Shown: positions 62,341 to 64,000 of the stretch, piece by piece
How positions within the stretch are numbered: position 1 is the stretch's first letter
Layout of the letters: each line of letters starts with the position of its first letter
Source of the DNA: Mobula hypostoma
Taxonomy: Eukaryota
DNA length: 64,000 bases
Direction of reading: 5' to 3'
NCBI RefSeq assembly: GCF_963921235.1
Contig: NC_086109.1
Coordinates: forward strand, 5,396,001-5,460,000
Notes under the pieces: model-generated
Database searches by the model: none
What the model was told of the DNA's origin: nothing
What the model saw: the letters and a program-made list of their open reading frames with translations, nothing else
Program-made: the position numbers and the translations under genes

Positions 62341-64000
62341 TGTGTGTGCCTAAGACTTTTGCGCTGTACTGTAGTGATTTTACGTATTGCACTGTACAGC
62401 TGCCACAAACAAAAACAAAATTCCTGACGTATGTGGATGATGATAAACCTGATTCTGATTATGGATCTCGATTGCAGACTGAGAGTGGGAGAGGGCAGTG
62501 GGAGGGGAGTCATGTTTGGGGAGGGGGAAGAGAGCAGGAGGAGACATTCTGTAATGATCAATACACTAATTGTTTGGAATCAAATGACCTTGGCTGGTGT
62601 CTCAGGGCTGGGTGTGTCTGTACCTGTGCCCTCCCCCTGCCCCTGGCACTCCTCCTCTGCCACCTGTCTCACACCCCTCCCACGGCGCTCCACCCTCGCC
62701 ATTCCCAATCTCCTTCGCTCCCGCCAGATTTACAAACTCGCTCTCCACTGCACGTTGACAAATACAGTATTGTCTTATCCACCCTAGCTACAGTATATAC
62801 GTGCCCAGGACTTTGGTGTATACCGTGCAATGCGTTGTTTGCATCAATAACCAACACACCCAAGATGATCTCGGAATGAAAGCAATGAAAGAAGGTGAGA
62901 GGGATCTGGGAATACAATTCCATAATTCCGTGGAAGTGACTTCACAGGGAGATAGGGTCCTAGAGTGCTTTTGGCACATTGCCCTTCATAAATCAAAATA
63001 TTCCGGACAGGACTTGGGAAGTTGTTGAAGATATCGGCGAAGTCTAACTTGCAGTATTGCGCATAGTTTTGGTCACCTAGTTCAAGTTTCAAGGTTCAAG
63101 TTTATTTAACACATGTACATCAAAACATACAGTGAAATATGAGTTTTGCATTAATAACCAACACACCTCACATTCAGGAAATATCTCAGATAACACTGAA
63201 AGAATAAAGAAAAAGTATTACAAGTATGTTGCTTGATGACAAAGTTGAATAGGTTAGTAATTTATTCCCTGGAATATAGGAGAATGAGGGGAGATTTGAT
63301 ACTAAATTATGAGGGGTCTAGATAGGGTGAATGCAAGCAGGCTTTTTCCACTGAGGGTGGGTGGGACTACAACTAAAAGTGAACTAGAGGATCGGATACG
63401 GATGAAAGTGAAATATTGAAGGGAGTCCCTACTCAGACACCCAAAACACTGACAATTTTGCTTGCCCCATGCACACAGTTCCTTCAGCAGGTCCCTTCAT
63501 TCTGCCCACATTCATTCGCGGGGCTCAGGAAGTTTCCGGAATCTGAGTTCTGAGGAGCTTGCAACCCTGCAGAGAACTCAGCCTGTCACAAAGGCATCCG
63601 CTCTGAAATCCAGCCTTGCCCCGGGAATTCAGCCATTACATCAACCTGAAATATTCATCCGTGTCCCTCTCCGCAGAAGCTGCCCGATCTGTTGAGCACT
63701 TCAAGCCTTTCCTGTTTTTATTCCGAATTTTTTTTTTATTCTTTGCGATCTTCAAGTTCGCCCTCTGTTGTTGGAAAAATTCACAAGTGGTGAAGAGTTG
63801 GTTTACCGGAGTGAGACGGGACAATTGGGTGAGCAGAGCTGAAACAACAGTCTCTCACTCAACACCTGTAAAATTAAAGAGCAAGTTGCTGATCTCAGGA
63901 CAGGAGAGGAGGGTAAACCTGCACCACGCTACATTGGGGGAATCGACAGTGGAGAGAGAAGCACTGGCCTTAAATTCCTGGGTGTTGACATGTTGATTGA

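Overview
Vertebrate genomic DNA, very likely from a cartilaginous fish (ray or shark), judged from its repeat content: V-SINE/HE1-like SINEs, CR1, Rex1/Babar, RTE and Penelope-like elements. Two genes are arranged divergently. On the - strand is the first coding exon of IRF6 (8964-9137), with a probable CpG-rich promoter and non-coding first exon at about 25.3-26.7 kb. On the + strand is a complete four-exon GUCA1B/GCAP2 gene (34050-50333, 196 aa). A ~12.6 kb G-rich minisatellite (constant 26-nt core, variable purine linker, kb-scale internal duplications) lies between the IRF6 promoter region and its first coding exon and is interrupted by a young CR1 LINE. The most notable hidden signal is a family of minimal type I hammerhead ribozyme motifs carried by Penelope-like (RT + GIY-YIG) retroelements and their short derivatives. 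Two intact copies lie in sense inside GUCA1B intron 3, and two further derivatives are folded into long palindromes. Other observations are repeated Rex1/Babar insertion into the same CR1 3' UTR segment, a CR1 abutting the last GUCA1B splice acceptor, and one repeat family seeding two different minisatellites. All calls were made by eye; repeat boundaries are approximate.
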